Shown here piece by piece: positions 52,221-61,474 of a stretch of 64,000 nucleotides of DNA. The stretch covers positions 64,679 to 128,678 of the forward strand of contig CAYTEO010000003.1 of NCBI GenBank assembly GCA_964436825.1. Reading direction: 5' to 3'. The DNA is from an uncultured Fibrobacteraceae bacterium. GTDB taxonomy: Bacteria > Krumholzibacteriota > Krumholzibacteriia > LZORAL124-64-63. Position 1 is the stretch's first letter. Each line of letters begins with the position of its first letter. The notes below the pieces were generated by a model that saw nothing but the letters and a program-made list of their open reading frames with translations, was not told the DNA's origin and made no database searches. A program made the translations under genes and the position numbers.

Positions 52221-53495
52221 TCAGAGGACCGCCACCCACAACGCCGTGGCGACCAGGTTGGCCAGCGCCAGCGGCAGCATCACCTTCCAGCCCAGGTGCA
52301 TGAGCTGGTCGTACCGGAAACGGGGCAGGGTCCAGCGAACCCAGATGAACAGCCAGCAGAAGAAGACCACCTTGCCGACGAAGGCCCCCACCTGCAGCAG
52401 CGTCGCGTAGACCGACGCGGCGTCCGGACCGATCCGCCAGGGGCCGAGGGCCATCCCCGCCAGTCCCGCCAGCTCCAGCAGCAGGAACAGGCCGGCCAGC
52501 AGGCCCGGCTCGCGGTCGCGGGCGTCGCCGAACTTGCCCCGTTCCCGCTGGGCCCGCCGCAGGAAGAGCAGGGCGATCAGGCCGCAGGCCAGGATGTGCA
52601 GGGCCGTGTGGACCGTCAGGATGACGCCGGCGTGCTGCTCGATGACCGGCCGCGGCAGCCAGGGGATGTTCCAGCCGCCGAAGAACAGGGTGGCGATCAG
52701 GGCCGAGGCGACCACCAGGTTGGCGTACTCCGCCATGAAGAACAGGGCGAACTTCATGGAGCTGTACTCCAGGTGGTAGCCGCTGACAAGCTCGCTCTCC
52801 CCCTCCGGCAGGTCGAACGGGACACGGTTCGTCTCGGCGAAGGCCGCGGTCAGGAAGAGGATCGCCCCCAGCGGCTGGACGACGACGCCCCACTTGGGCA
52901 GGAAGCCCCAGAGCAGTTCCCCCTGGCCGGCGACGATGTCGGTCAGCCGCAGCGACTGGAAGACCAGCAGCAGCCCCATGATCGACATCCCCATGGCGAT
53001 CTCGTAGCTGATCATCTGGCTGCTGGAGCGGATGGCCCCCAGGAAGGCGTACTTGTTGTTGCTGGCCCAGCCGCCGGTGACGATGCCGTAGGTCCCCAGG
53101 CTGGCGATGGCCAGCACGTAGAGGATGCCGACGTTCAGGTCGGCGACGACCAGCGGGATCCGCTGCCCGCCCACCTGGAGGTAGTCGCCGAAGGGGATGA
53201 CCGCGTACGTGCAGAGCGAGACGAAGAAGACCAGCACCGGCGCCAGGGCGTAGAGGGCGCGGTGGGCGCCGTCGGGGATGAAGTCCTCCTTGAACAGGAG
53301 CTTCAGCACGTCGGCGATGGGATGGATCAGGCCGCCCAGGCGGATGCCGGCGATGCCGGCCCGGTTGGGACCGGTCCGGTCCTGGATGAAGGCCGACCCC
53401 TTGCGCTCGGCCCAGATCAGCACCGGCACCAGCCCGACGATGACGGTCAGCATGAAGACGATCTTGGCCAGGGTGATCCAGACGACGGACATCAC
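52221..53495 (-). CDS. nuoH: NADH-quinone oxidoreductase subunit H (with internal insertion)
   Basis: ERKGSAFIQDR.GPNR, AETNRVPFDLPEGESELVSGY..EYS, WVRWTLPRFRYDQLM. Confidence 0.96.
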   Translation of the reverse strand: MMSVVWITLAKIVFMLTVIVGLVPVLIWAERKGSAFIQDRTGPNRAGIAGIRLGGLIHPIADVLKLLFKEDFIPDGAHRALYALAPVLVFFVSLCTYAVIPFGDYLQVGGQRIPLVVADLNVGILYVLAIASLGTYGIVTGGWASNNKYAFLGAIRSSSQMISYEIAMGMSIMGLLLVFQSLRLTDIVAGQGELLWGFLPKWGVVVQPLGAILFLTAAFAETNRVPFDLPEGESELVSGYHLEYSSMKFALFFMAEYANLVVASALIATLFFGGWNIPWLPRPVIEQHAGVILTVHTALHILACGLIALLFLRRAQRERGKFGDARDREPGLLAGLFLLLELAGLAGMALGPWRIGPDAASVYATLLQVGAFVGKVVFFCWLFIWVRWTLPRFRYDQLMHLGWKVMLPLALANLVATALWVAVL

Positions 53496-55066
53496 CGCTC
53501 ACCTCCCGCTGCCGGCGCGACACCGGCGGGCAGCACTCCCTCCGGCGGCAGGGCCGCCAGATCGATCCCTTCCGGCAGCCCGGCGCGCCGCGCGGCCCAG
53601 CGCTTCAGCGCCGCCGCGTCGCCGGCCCGGGACTCCCCGGTCACGGCCCGCAGCCACTCGTCCAGGACCCGCCAGTCCTCCCGGGCCTGCTCGGGCGCGG
53701 CGACGGCGCGCCGCAGGGCCTGCAGCCGGCCCTGGCGGTTGATCAGGGTGCCGTCCTTCTCGGCCCAGCAGCGCAGCGGGGCGACGATCGCCGCCGCCTC
53801 GCTCGACGCGCAGGCGTGGGTCCCCAGGTAGACCAGCTCCCGGTCCCGGCACCCGTCCGCCACCTCCGGCGCGGCCCCCACCGGGTCGCCCCCGTAGAGG
53901 ACGATCGGTCCGTCGGCGGCACCGATCCGCTCGGCCAGCCGCGCGGCCGGCAGCTCCTCGATCCCCAGCCGCGCCAGCGACGCCCGGTTGGGGGCGCGAT
54001 CGGCGTCCAGCAGCAGGTCGTCCCCCTCGCCCCGGTCGGCCTCGGCCGGCCCGGAGACGATCGCCGCGCCCCGCGCCTCGGCCAGGGCGGCGGCCAGGGC
54101 CATCTCCTCCAGGGTCTGGTGCGGGGAGACGACGACCAGCCCGCCCCCCGGCAGCGCGGCCAGGGCGGAGGACAGTTCCTCCCAGGTCGTCTCGCGCCGC
54201 GCCTCGCCGGCGCCCAGCCGGGGCGCGGTGAGCCGGTTCTCGGCGTGGACCCGGCGGTAGGTCATCCGGCCCATGTCGCACATCCAGGGGCCGTTGACCG
54301 CGTCGTTGCGCCGCGGTTTCAGGCGCCAGATCCGCCCGCCCTCGTGGTCGACGCGGATGTTGCAGCCGGTGGCGCAGCCCGTGCAGACCGACGGCGTGCT
54401 GCGCAGCAGCCAGACCCGCTTCTGGAAGCGGAAGTCGCGGCTGGTCAGCGCGCCGACGGGACAGATGTCGACCGTGTTGAGGCTGTAGTTGTTGTTCAGC
54501 TCCTTGCCCGGGGCGATCCCGATCTCGGCCCGGTCGCCCCGGTTGAAGATGCCCAGCTCGGAGGTGCCGGTGACGTGGTCGCAGAAGCGGACGCAGCGGC
54601 TGCAGAGCACGCACCGCTCCTTGTCCAGGATGACGTGGGGACCGATGACCTGGGCCTTGGCCTTGTGGACCTTCTCGCCCTTGCCGACCTCCGACTCGTA
54701 GAGGCCGTACTCCATGTACTGGTTCTGCAGGCCGCACTCGCCGGCCTGGTCGCAGATGGGACAGTCGACGGGGTGGTTGATCAGGTGCAGCTCCAGGATC
54801 TGGCGGACCGCGGTGCGGACACGCTCGCTGCGGGTGTGGACGACCATCCCGTCGCGGACGGTCGTGTTGCAGGCGATCGTCAGCTTCGGCATCCCCTCCA
54901 CCTCCACCTGGCAGAGGCGGCAGACGCCGGCCACCGGCAGGTCGGGGTGGTAGCAGAAGTGGGGCAACGCCTCGCCGCGGGCCACCCGGCAGGCCTCGAA
55001 CAGGGAGGTCCCCGCGGGGAACTCCAGCTCCCGGCCGTCGATCGTCACCTTGACCATCTCGCCCAT
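53492..55066 (-). CDS. nuoG: NADH-quinone oxidoreductase subunit G (short form, 524 aa)
   Basis: PHFCYHP...CRLC...AC (N1b), HPVDCPICDQAGEC (N4), CVLCSRC...C (N5), CTGCATGC (N7). Start MGEMVKV at ATG 55066. Confidence 0.93.
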   Translation of the reverse strand: MGEMVKVTIDGRELEFPAGTSLFEACRVARGEALPHFCYHPDLPVAGVCRLCQVEVEGMPKLTIACNTTVRDGMVVHTRSERVRTAVRQILELHLINHPVDCPICDQAGECGLQNQYMEYGLYESEVGKGEKVHKAKAQVIGPHVILDKERCVLCSRCVRFCDHVTGTSELGIFNRGDRAEIGIAPGKELNNNYSLNTVDICPVGALTSRDFRFQKRVWLLRSTPSVCTGCATGCNIRVDHEGGRIWRLKPRRNDAVNGPWMCDMGRMTYRRVHAENRLTAPRLGAGEARRETTWEELSSALAALPGGGLVVVSPHQTLEEMALAAALAEARGAAIVSGPAEADRGEGDDLLLDADRAPNRASLARLGIEELPAARLAERIGAADGPIVLYGGDPVGAAPEVADGCRDRELVYLGTHACASSEAAAIVAPLRCWAEKDGTLINRQGRLQALRRAVAAPEQAREDWRVLDEWLRAVTGESRAGDAAALKRWAARRAGLPEGIDLAALPPEGVLPAGVAPAAGGER

Positions 55067-55071
55067 GCTGC

Positions 55072-56373
<1,302 letters not shown>

Positions 56374-56374
56374 G

Positions 56375-56917
56375 CTACTCCTCCAGCTCCCGGTCGGTGT
56401 CCGGCCGCAGCGGCTGGCCCTTGCGGAGGCTTTCCAGCAGGGCGTCCACCTTCTGGGGGGTGAGGTGCTCGTAGAGGTGCTTGCCCAGCTGCAGGACCGG
56501 GCCGTGGCCGCAGGCCCCCAGGCACTCGACGCCCTCGAGGGCGAACATCCCGTCCGGCGTCGTCTCCCCCACCCGGATCCCGAGCCGCTTCTCCAGGTGG
56601 GCGATGATGGCCCGGGAACCGCTGATGTGGCAGCAGATGTTGTGGCAGACCTGCAGGACGTACCTGGCCTGGGGCTCGGTGCGGAACATGAAGTAGAAGG
56701 AGAGGACCTCGCGGACCTTCGCCTCCGACAGCTCCAGCTGCTCCGCCACCCAGGCGACGGCGGCGTCGGAGACGTAGCCGAACCGGTCCTGGATGAGCCA
56801 CAGCGTCGGCATGATGGCGCTGCGGCGGGTGGGGTAGCGCTCCAGGATGCGGGCGAACCGCTGCTGGTCCTCGGGCGGGAGCCGGAACTCCTGCGTCTTG
56901 TCGGCCGGTGCGTTCAT
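56375..56917 (-). CDS. nuoE: NADH-quinone oxidoreductase subunit E
   Basis: SFYFMF, VCHNICC, VECLGACG..P. Confidence 0.95.
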   Translation of the reverse strand: MNAPADKTQEFRLPPEDQQRFARILERYPTRRSAIMPTLWLIQDRFGYVSDAAVAWVAEQLELSEAKVREVLSFYFMFRTEPQARYVLQVCHNICCHISGSRAIIAHLEKRLGIRVGETTPDGMFALEGVECLGACGHGPVLQLGKHLYEHLTPQKVDALLESLRKGQPLRPDTDRELEE

Positions 56918-56951
56918 CGCATCGCTTCCTTTGCCAGTCGGTACCGGGCGG

Positions 56952-58658
56952 TCACCGGTCCAGTTCCCCGGCGATGATGTTGATACTGCCCAGGATGGCG
57001 ATCGCGTCGGGCACCATCAGCCCCTTGATCAGGTCCGTGTACGCCGAGAAGATGGGGAAGCAGGGCGGGCGTACCTTGAGCCGGTAGGGCCGGCCGCTCC
57101 CGTCGGAGACGCAGAAGAAGCCCAGCTCTCCGTTGGCTCCCTCGCCGAAGCCGTAGCCCTCCCCGGCGGGGACGCGGATCCCCTCCATGATCAGCTTGAA
57201 CTGGTTCATGACCCCCTCGATGCTGCCGTAGACCTTCTCCTTGGGCGGCAGCGCCACGCGGGGGTCGTCGACGAGGATCGGCCCGTCGGGCAGGCCGCGC
57301 GAGAGGGCCTGGCGGATGATCCGGGCGCTCTGGCGCATCTCCTCGATCCGGACCATGATCCGGTCGCGGGTGTCACCGTTCTCCCCCACCGGCACGTCGA
57401 AATCGTAGTCCTGGTAGCCGAGGTACGGGGCGGCCTTGCGCAGGTCGAATCCCAGGCCGGTGGCGCGCAGGCAGGGACCGGTGAAGCCGCGGTCGAGGGC
57501 CTCCTCGGTGGTCAGCGCCCCGATCCCGACCGTGCGGTCCAGGAAGATCCGGTTGCGGGCCACCAGGCCGGTCACCTCGCCGATGGCGACATCGAGCTTC
57601 TGCAGGTGCTTCTCGACCGCCTGCTCGAAACCGTCGAAGACGTCGTGGGCCAGGCCGCCGATGCGGGCGTAGTTCGTCGTCAGGCGCGAGCCGCACAGCG
57701 GCTCGATGATGTCGTAGTAGATCCCCTCGCGGATGTTGTAGAAGTACCAGTAGTTGGTCAGGGCGCCGATGTCGACGAGGTTCGTGCAGACGCAGACGAG
57801 GTGGTCGATGATCCGCGCCAGCTCGCTGGTGACGACCCGCACGACCCGGGCCCGGGGCGGGATCTCCACCCCCAGCATCTTCTCCACGGCGGCGGCGTAG
57901 ATGTTGTTGTTGAGCATCGCCGAGACGTAGTTCAGCCGGTCCGTGTAGGGCATGACCTGCGACCAGGTGTGATCCTCCGCCTCCTTCTCGAAGCAGCGGT
58001 GCAGGTAGCCGATCTCGGCCCGGGCGTCGACGATCGTCTCGCCGTCCAGCAGGCACTCGATGCGCAGGGCGCCGTGGGTGGCGGGGTGGCTCGGCCCCAG
58101 GTTGACGACCATCAGGTCGGACGGATAGCCCACCCGGTCGGCCTGCTCGGCGCGCCGGGACGCGGCCAGCACCTCCTCGTCGCTGAACAGCTTCTCCGGC
58201 GTGGAGAGGAACTGCCCCTGCTCGATGGGATAGTCCTTGCGCAGGGCGTGCCCCTCGAACTCGTGGTGGGTTAGGATCCGCCGCAGGTCGGGATGGCCGG
58301 CGAAGCGGACCCCGAACAGGTCGAAGACCTCGCGCTCGTGCCAGTCGGCGCTGCGGTAGAGGTGGGTCACCGTGGGGACCGGCTCGCCCTCGGCCACGTC
58401 GGTCTTGACGATCAACCGCTGGTTCCGCGAGACCGAGCGCAGCAGGTAGTTGACCTGGAACCGCTTCGCCCGGTCTGGATAGTCGACGCCGACGACGTCG
58501 GCCAGCAGCTCGCACCCCTCCCGCTCCTTGAGGTGCTGCACCACCAACGGTACGTCCGCCGGTGCCACGGTGACCGACTCGTCCCCGTGCTGGCTGCCGG
58601 CGGCGAGGATCCTCTCCCCGAACTCGGCTCGCAGGCTCTCGATGAGTTTCTGGCTCAT
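56952..58658 (-). CDS. nuoCD: NADH-quinone oxidoreductase fused subunit C/D
   Basis: NuoC part (DYP..RF.VNY.L, WHEREVFDLFG.RF.GHPDLRRIL) continues without a stop into NuoD (NLGPSHPATHG.LR, GYLHR..EK, DRLNY, GELDR). Confidence 0.96.
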   Translation of the reverse strand: MSQKLIESLRAEFGERILAAGSQHGDESVTVAPADVPLVVQHLKEREGCELLADVVGVDYPDRAKRFQVNYLLRSVSRNQRLIVKTDVAEGEPVPTVTHLYRSADWHEREVFDLFGVRFAGHPDLRRILTHHEFEGHALRKDYPIEQGQFLSTPEKLFSDEEVLAASRRAEQADRVGYPSDLMVVNLGPSHPATHGALRIECLLDGETIVDARAEIGYLHRCFEKEAEDHTWSQVMPYTDRLNYVSAMLNNNIYAAAVEKMLGVEIPPRARVVRVVTSELARIIDHLVCVCTNLVDIGALTNYWYFYNIREGIYYDIIEPLCGSRLTTNYARIGGLAHDVFDGFEQAVEKHLQKLDVAIGEVTGLVARNRIFLDRTVGIGALTTEEALDRGFTGPCLRATGLGFDLRKAAPYLGYQDYDFDVPVGENGDTRDRIMVRIEEMRQSARIIRQALSRGLPDGPILVDDPRVALPPKEKVYGSIEGVMNQFKLIMEGIRVPAGEGYGFGEGANGELGFFCVSDGSGRPYRLKVRPPCFPIFSAYTDLIKGLMVPDAIAILGSINIIAGELDR

Positions 58659-58693
58659 GCTCTCCGTCCCGGACTACCGGTGATGGGCGCGGC

Positions 58694-59200
58694 CTAGGCC
58701 TCGGCGCTGTTGCGGTGACGCGCGGCGGCGGGGACCAGGCCCTCCTGCTGGACCCGCTCCTGCAGGGTCACCAGGGCGTGCATCAGGTTCTCCGGCGTCG
58801 GCGGGCAGCCGGCGACGTAGTAGTCGACCGGGATGATCCGGTCGATCCCCTGCAGGGTCCCGTAGTTGTTGTAGAAGCCGCCGCTGGAGGCGCAGACTCC
58901 CATGGCGATGACCCACTTGGGCTCGCACATCTGGGCGTAGATCGTCTTGAGGATCGGCGCCTGCTTGTAGGAGATCGTGCCGGCGACGATCAGCAGGTCG
59001 GACTGGCGGGGCGAGAACCGGACGGCCTCGGCCCCGAAACGGCTGATATCGCTGTAGGAGGAGACGACGCTCATGAACTCGATGGCACAGCAGGCCGTCC
59101 CGTACGGCAGCGGCCAGAGGGAGTACTTGCGCCCCCAGTTGACCGCCTGCCGCAGGCGCGTCGTCAGGTAGTTGCTCGGGCTGTCCAGTGCTACTGCCAT
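58694..59200 (-). CDS. nuoB: NADH-quinone oxidoreductase subunit B
   Basis: GTACCAIEFM, SPRQSDL, PKWVIAMG.CASSGG, PVD.YV.GCPPTPE. Confidence 0.97.
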   Translation of the reverse strand: MAVALDSPSNYLTTRLRQAVNWGRKYSLWPLPYGTACCAIEFMSVVSSYSDISRFGAEAVRFSPRQSDLLIVAGTISYKQAPILKTIYAQMCEPKWVIAMGVCASSGGFYNNYGTLQGIDRIIPVDYYVAGCPPTPENLMHALVTLQERVQQEGLVPAAARHRNSAEA

Positions 59201-59565
59201 TCGAGCCCGCCTTTCCGCCAGACGTAGATGTAGCCGACGACCAGGATGACCAGGAAGAACCCCATCTCGCCCAGGGCGAACGCTCCCTGCCCCGCCGCCA
59301 GCAGGCGGCGATAGAGGACGACCCACGGGTAGAGCAGGACCCCTTCCAGGTCGAACAGCAGGAACAGGAGGGCGACCAGGAAGAAGCGGACGAAGAAGCG
59401 GACCTGGGGCGAACTGCGCACGGGGATGCCGCACTCGTAGCCGGTGCGTTTCAGGGCGGTGCTGCGGCGCGGCCCGAGCCAGTAGCTCAGGACCAGGAAC
59501 AGCAACGACAGCACGAGGGCGAGCGCCACGACCAGCAGCAGCGGAACGTACTGTTGAGGGGCCAT
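59191..59565 (-). CDS. nuoA: NADH-quinone oxidoreductase subunit A
   Basis: YECG, VRFFLVALLFLLFDLE, W.KGGLEW. Start MAPQQY at ATG 59565. Confidence 0.95.
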   Translation of the reverse strand: MAPQQYVPLLLVVALALVLSLLFLVLSYWLGPRRSTALKRTGYECGIPVRSSPQVRFFVRFFLVALLFLLFDLEGVLLYPWVVLYRRLLAAGQGAFALGEMGFFLVILVVGYIYVWRKGGLEWQ

Positions 59566-59618
59566 GCCGGGGCTCCTTGCCTTCCGCCGAACCGCCGCCG
59601 CGGCGACGGTCCCTGCAA

Positions 59619-59634
59619 TGTTGAGCTCGTAACA
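59619..59634. promoter_or_regulatory. Rex-like palindromic operator upstream of nuoA
   Basis: TGTTG-agctcg-TAACA, just downstream of the predicted nuo start site; flanks match the rnf site. Confidence 0.5.
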
Positions 59635-59647
59635 GAAGGTCGGCCCA

Positions 59648-59675
59648 ACGTTAACAGAGATCACGACCCTGTCAA
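59648..59675 (-). promoter_or_regulatory. sigma70-type promoter for nuo operon
   Basis: Minus strand TTGACA-N16-TAACGT with a TGn extension. Confidence 0.6.
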
Positions 59676-59682
59676 CTCCGGC

Positions 59683-59711
59683 TTGCCGCCCCCCGCCGCG
59701 CCGACTACCGT
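59683..59711 (+). promoter_or_regulatory. sigma70-type promoter for class IV aminotransferase (back-to-back with nuo promoter)
   Basis: TTGCCG-N17-TACCGT. Confidence 0.45.
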
Positions 59712-59729
59712 GGCGATGGAGGTGTCACC

Positions 59730-60605
59730 TTGATCGTCTACCTGGATGGCGAGTACCTGGCCGCCGACGAGGCGCGGGTCCCCCTGTTCGACGGCGGCTA
59801 CCTGTACGGGGACGGCCTGTTCGAGACGCTGCGGATCTACCGGGGACGCCCGTTCGACCTGGACGGGCACCTGGCGCGCCTCTCCCGCCAGTGCCGCGAG
59901 CTGTCGCTGTCCCACGCCCCCGAGGCGTACGACTGGGCCGGTGTCATCGCCCGCCTGCTGGAGCGCAACGGGCTGTCCGGCGCCGACGCCCGCTGCCGGC
60001 TGACGGTCAGCCGGCGGCTGCGGCCCGACGACCCGCTGCCGCTGGCCGCCGTGGACAGGCTCCCGGCCACCGTCTCCGCCTTCGTCACCCCCCTGCCCGC
60101 CGAGCTGCCCCGCTGGCAGCGCGAGGGAATCGCCGTCCACCTGATGCCGGCCGGCAGCGGCCGCGGCGGCCTGGCGGAGCTGAAGACCCTCAACTACCTG
60201 CCCACCCTGCTCGCCCTGCGCGAGGCGCACCGTCGCGGCTGCGTCGAGGCATTGCTGCGTGACGCCGCCGGCCACGTCCTCGAGGGAGCGACCAGCAACC
60301 TCTTCCTCGTCGCCGGCGGAACGCTGGTGACCCCGCCGACGGCCCAGGGGCTGCTGCCGGGCCGGACCCGCGCGCTGGTCCTGGCGGCGGCCGCCTCGCT
60401 GGAGCTGCCGGTCCGGGAGCAACCGGTCACGACCGGCGACCTGTGGTCTGCGGACGAGGTCTTCCTGTCGGGATCGGTCAAGGAGGTAGTGCCGGTCGTC
60501 CGGATCGACGACCGCGCCGTCGCCGACGGCCGGGCCGGTACCGTCACGCGGCGACTCCAGACAGCATACCGCCGAGGGGTCGAGGACACCCTCGGCGGCA
60601 GCTGA
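59730..60605 (+). CDS. Class IV PLP-dependent enzyme (PabC/D-amino-acid/BCAA aminotransferase family)
   Basis: YGDGLFETLR, HLARL, LKTLNYL (PLP Lys), VLEGATSNLF, LLPGRTR, ADEVFLSGS. Confidence 0.92.
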   Translation: MIVYLDGEYLAADEARVPLFDGGYLYGDGLFETLRIYRGRPFDLDGHLARLSRQCRELSLSHAPEAYDWAGVIARLLERNGLSGADARCRLTVSRRLRPDDPLPLAAVDRLPATVSAFVTPLPAELPRWQREGIAVHLMPAGSGRGGLAELKTLNYLPTLLALREAHRRGCVEALLRDAAGHVLEGATSNLFLVAGGTLVTPPTAQGLLPGRTRALVLAAAASLELPVREQPVTTGDLWSADEVFLSGSVKEVVPVVRIDDRAVADGRAGTVTRRLQTAYRRGVEDTLGGS

Positions 60606-60623
60606 CGGTCGGCCGCGGTCGGC

Positions 60624-61241
60624 TCAGTACTCGATGGAATCGTAGTCGATCTTCGGGTCGAGCTCGTTGCGGATGTTGCTCGGAGGCAGGTCGTCGTCCA
60701 CATCGTAGCGACGCTCCGGCGGGGGCGCGTCCAGGGCGATGTCGTCCTTGATGGCGCCGAGATCGATGTAGACGTCGGCCGCGGCGATCAGCTCGGTGCT
60801 GGTCATCTCCCGCAGCCCGCAGACCTCGACGTGCTTGCCGTGCCGGGCGACGCTCTCGATCAGGGGGACGAAGTCGCCGTCGCCGCTGCAGATGATGACC
60901 GTGTCCAGGTGCGGCAGCAGCTCGTAGACGTCGACCGCCAGTTCCAGGTCCAGGTTGCCCCGGAAGAGGCGCTGCTGCGTCTCGGCCTCGGTGAAGGCCC
61001 GCAGCTCCTTGGTCACCACGCGGAACCCGTTCAGTTTCAGGAAGTTGATGAAATCGATCTTCCCTTCTGACTGGTTCGTGATCGCCGTGTAGAAGTGGGA
61101 GCGGATCAGGCGCCGCTCGCCGGCCAGCACCTTGCACATCTTCAGGTAGTCCAGCCGCATGTTGAGGTGCTTGGCGCTGTAGTGGATGTTCTCGCCATCG
61201 ATGAAGATGGCGACTTTGTCGCGAGGGTCGGGATGGTACAT
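60624..61241 (-). CDS. NYN (LabA/DUF88) domain protein
   Basis: AIFIDGENI, DLELAVD, ICSGDGDFVPL, G..VEV, L...AD.YIDL. Start MYHPDP at ATG 61241. Confidence 0.9.
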   Translation of the reverse strand: MYHPDPRDKVAIFIDGENIHYSAKHLNMRLDYLKMCKVLAGERRLIRSHFYTAITNQSEGKIDFINFLKLNGFRVVTKELRAFTEAETQQRLFRGNLDLELAVDVYELLPHLDTVIICSGDGDFVPLIESVARHGKHVEVCGLREMTSTELIAAADVYIDLGAIKDDIALDAPPPERRYDVDDDLPPSNIRNELDPKIDYDSIEY

Positions 61242-61474
61242 GTCCCTGCCTTTCTGCTGACAGATCCTGGGGGTTGGGCGAGGATAGTCTCTGCCATACG
61301 TTCCCGGATCCCCGGGAGACGGGCGATACACGAATGATAGAGCGGATCCGGCGGCAGCGCAAACGTCCGATGCCGGGACTGGCGTCGTGGCGGGCCGCGG
61401 GCTATGTTCGCCGGCGTGACGGACCGCCCGGAGCGGTCGCCCACCGGACCTGTAGCCGTCTGCGAGGTGAGACC

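Noticed and set aside
56952-58658. nuoCD fusion as a novelty
   Set aside because: Well known in several phyla; recorded as a feature only.
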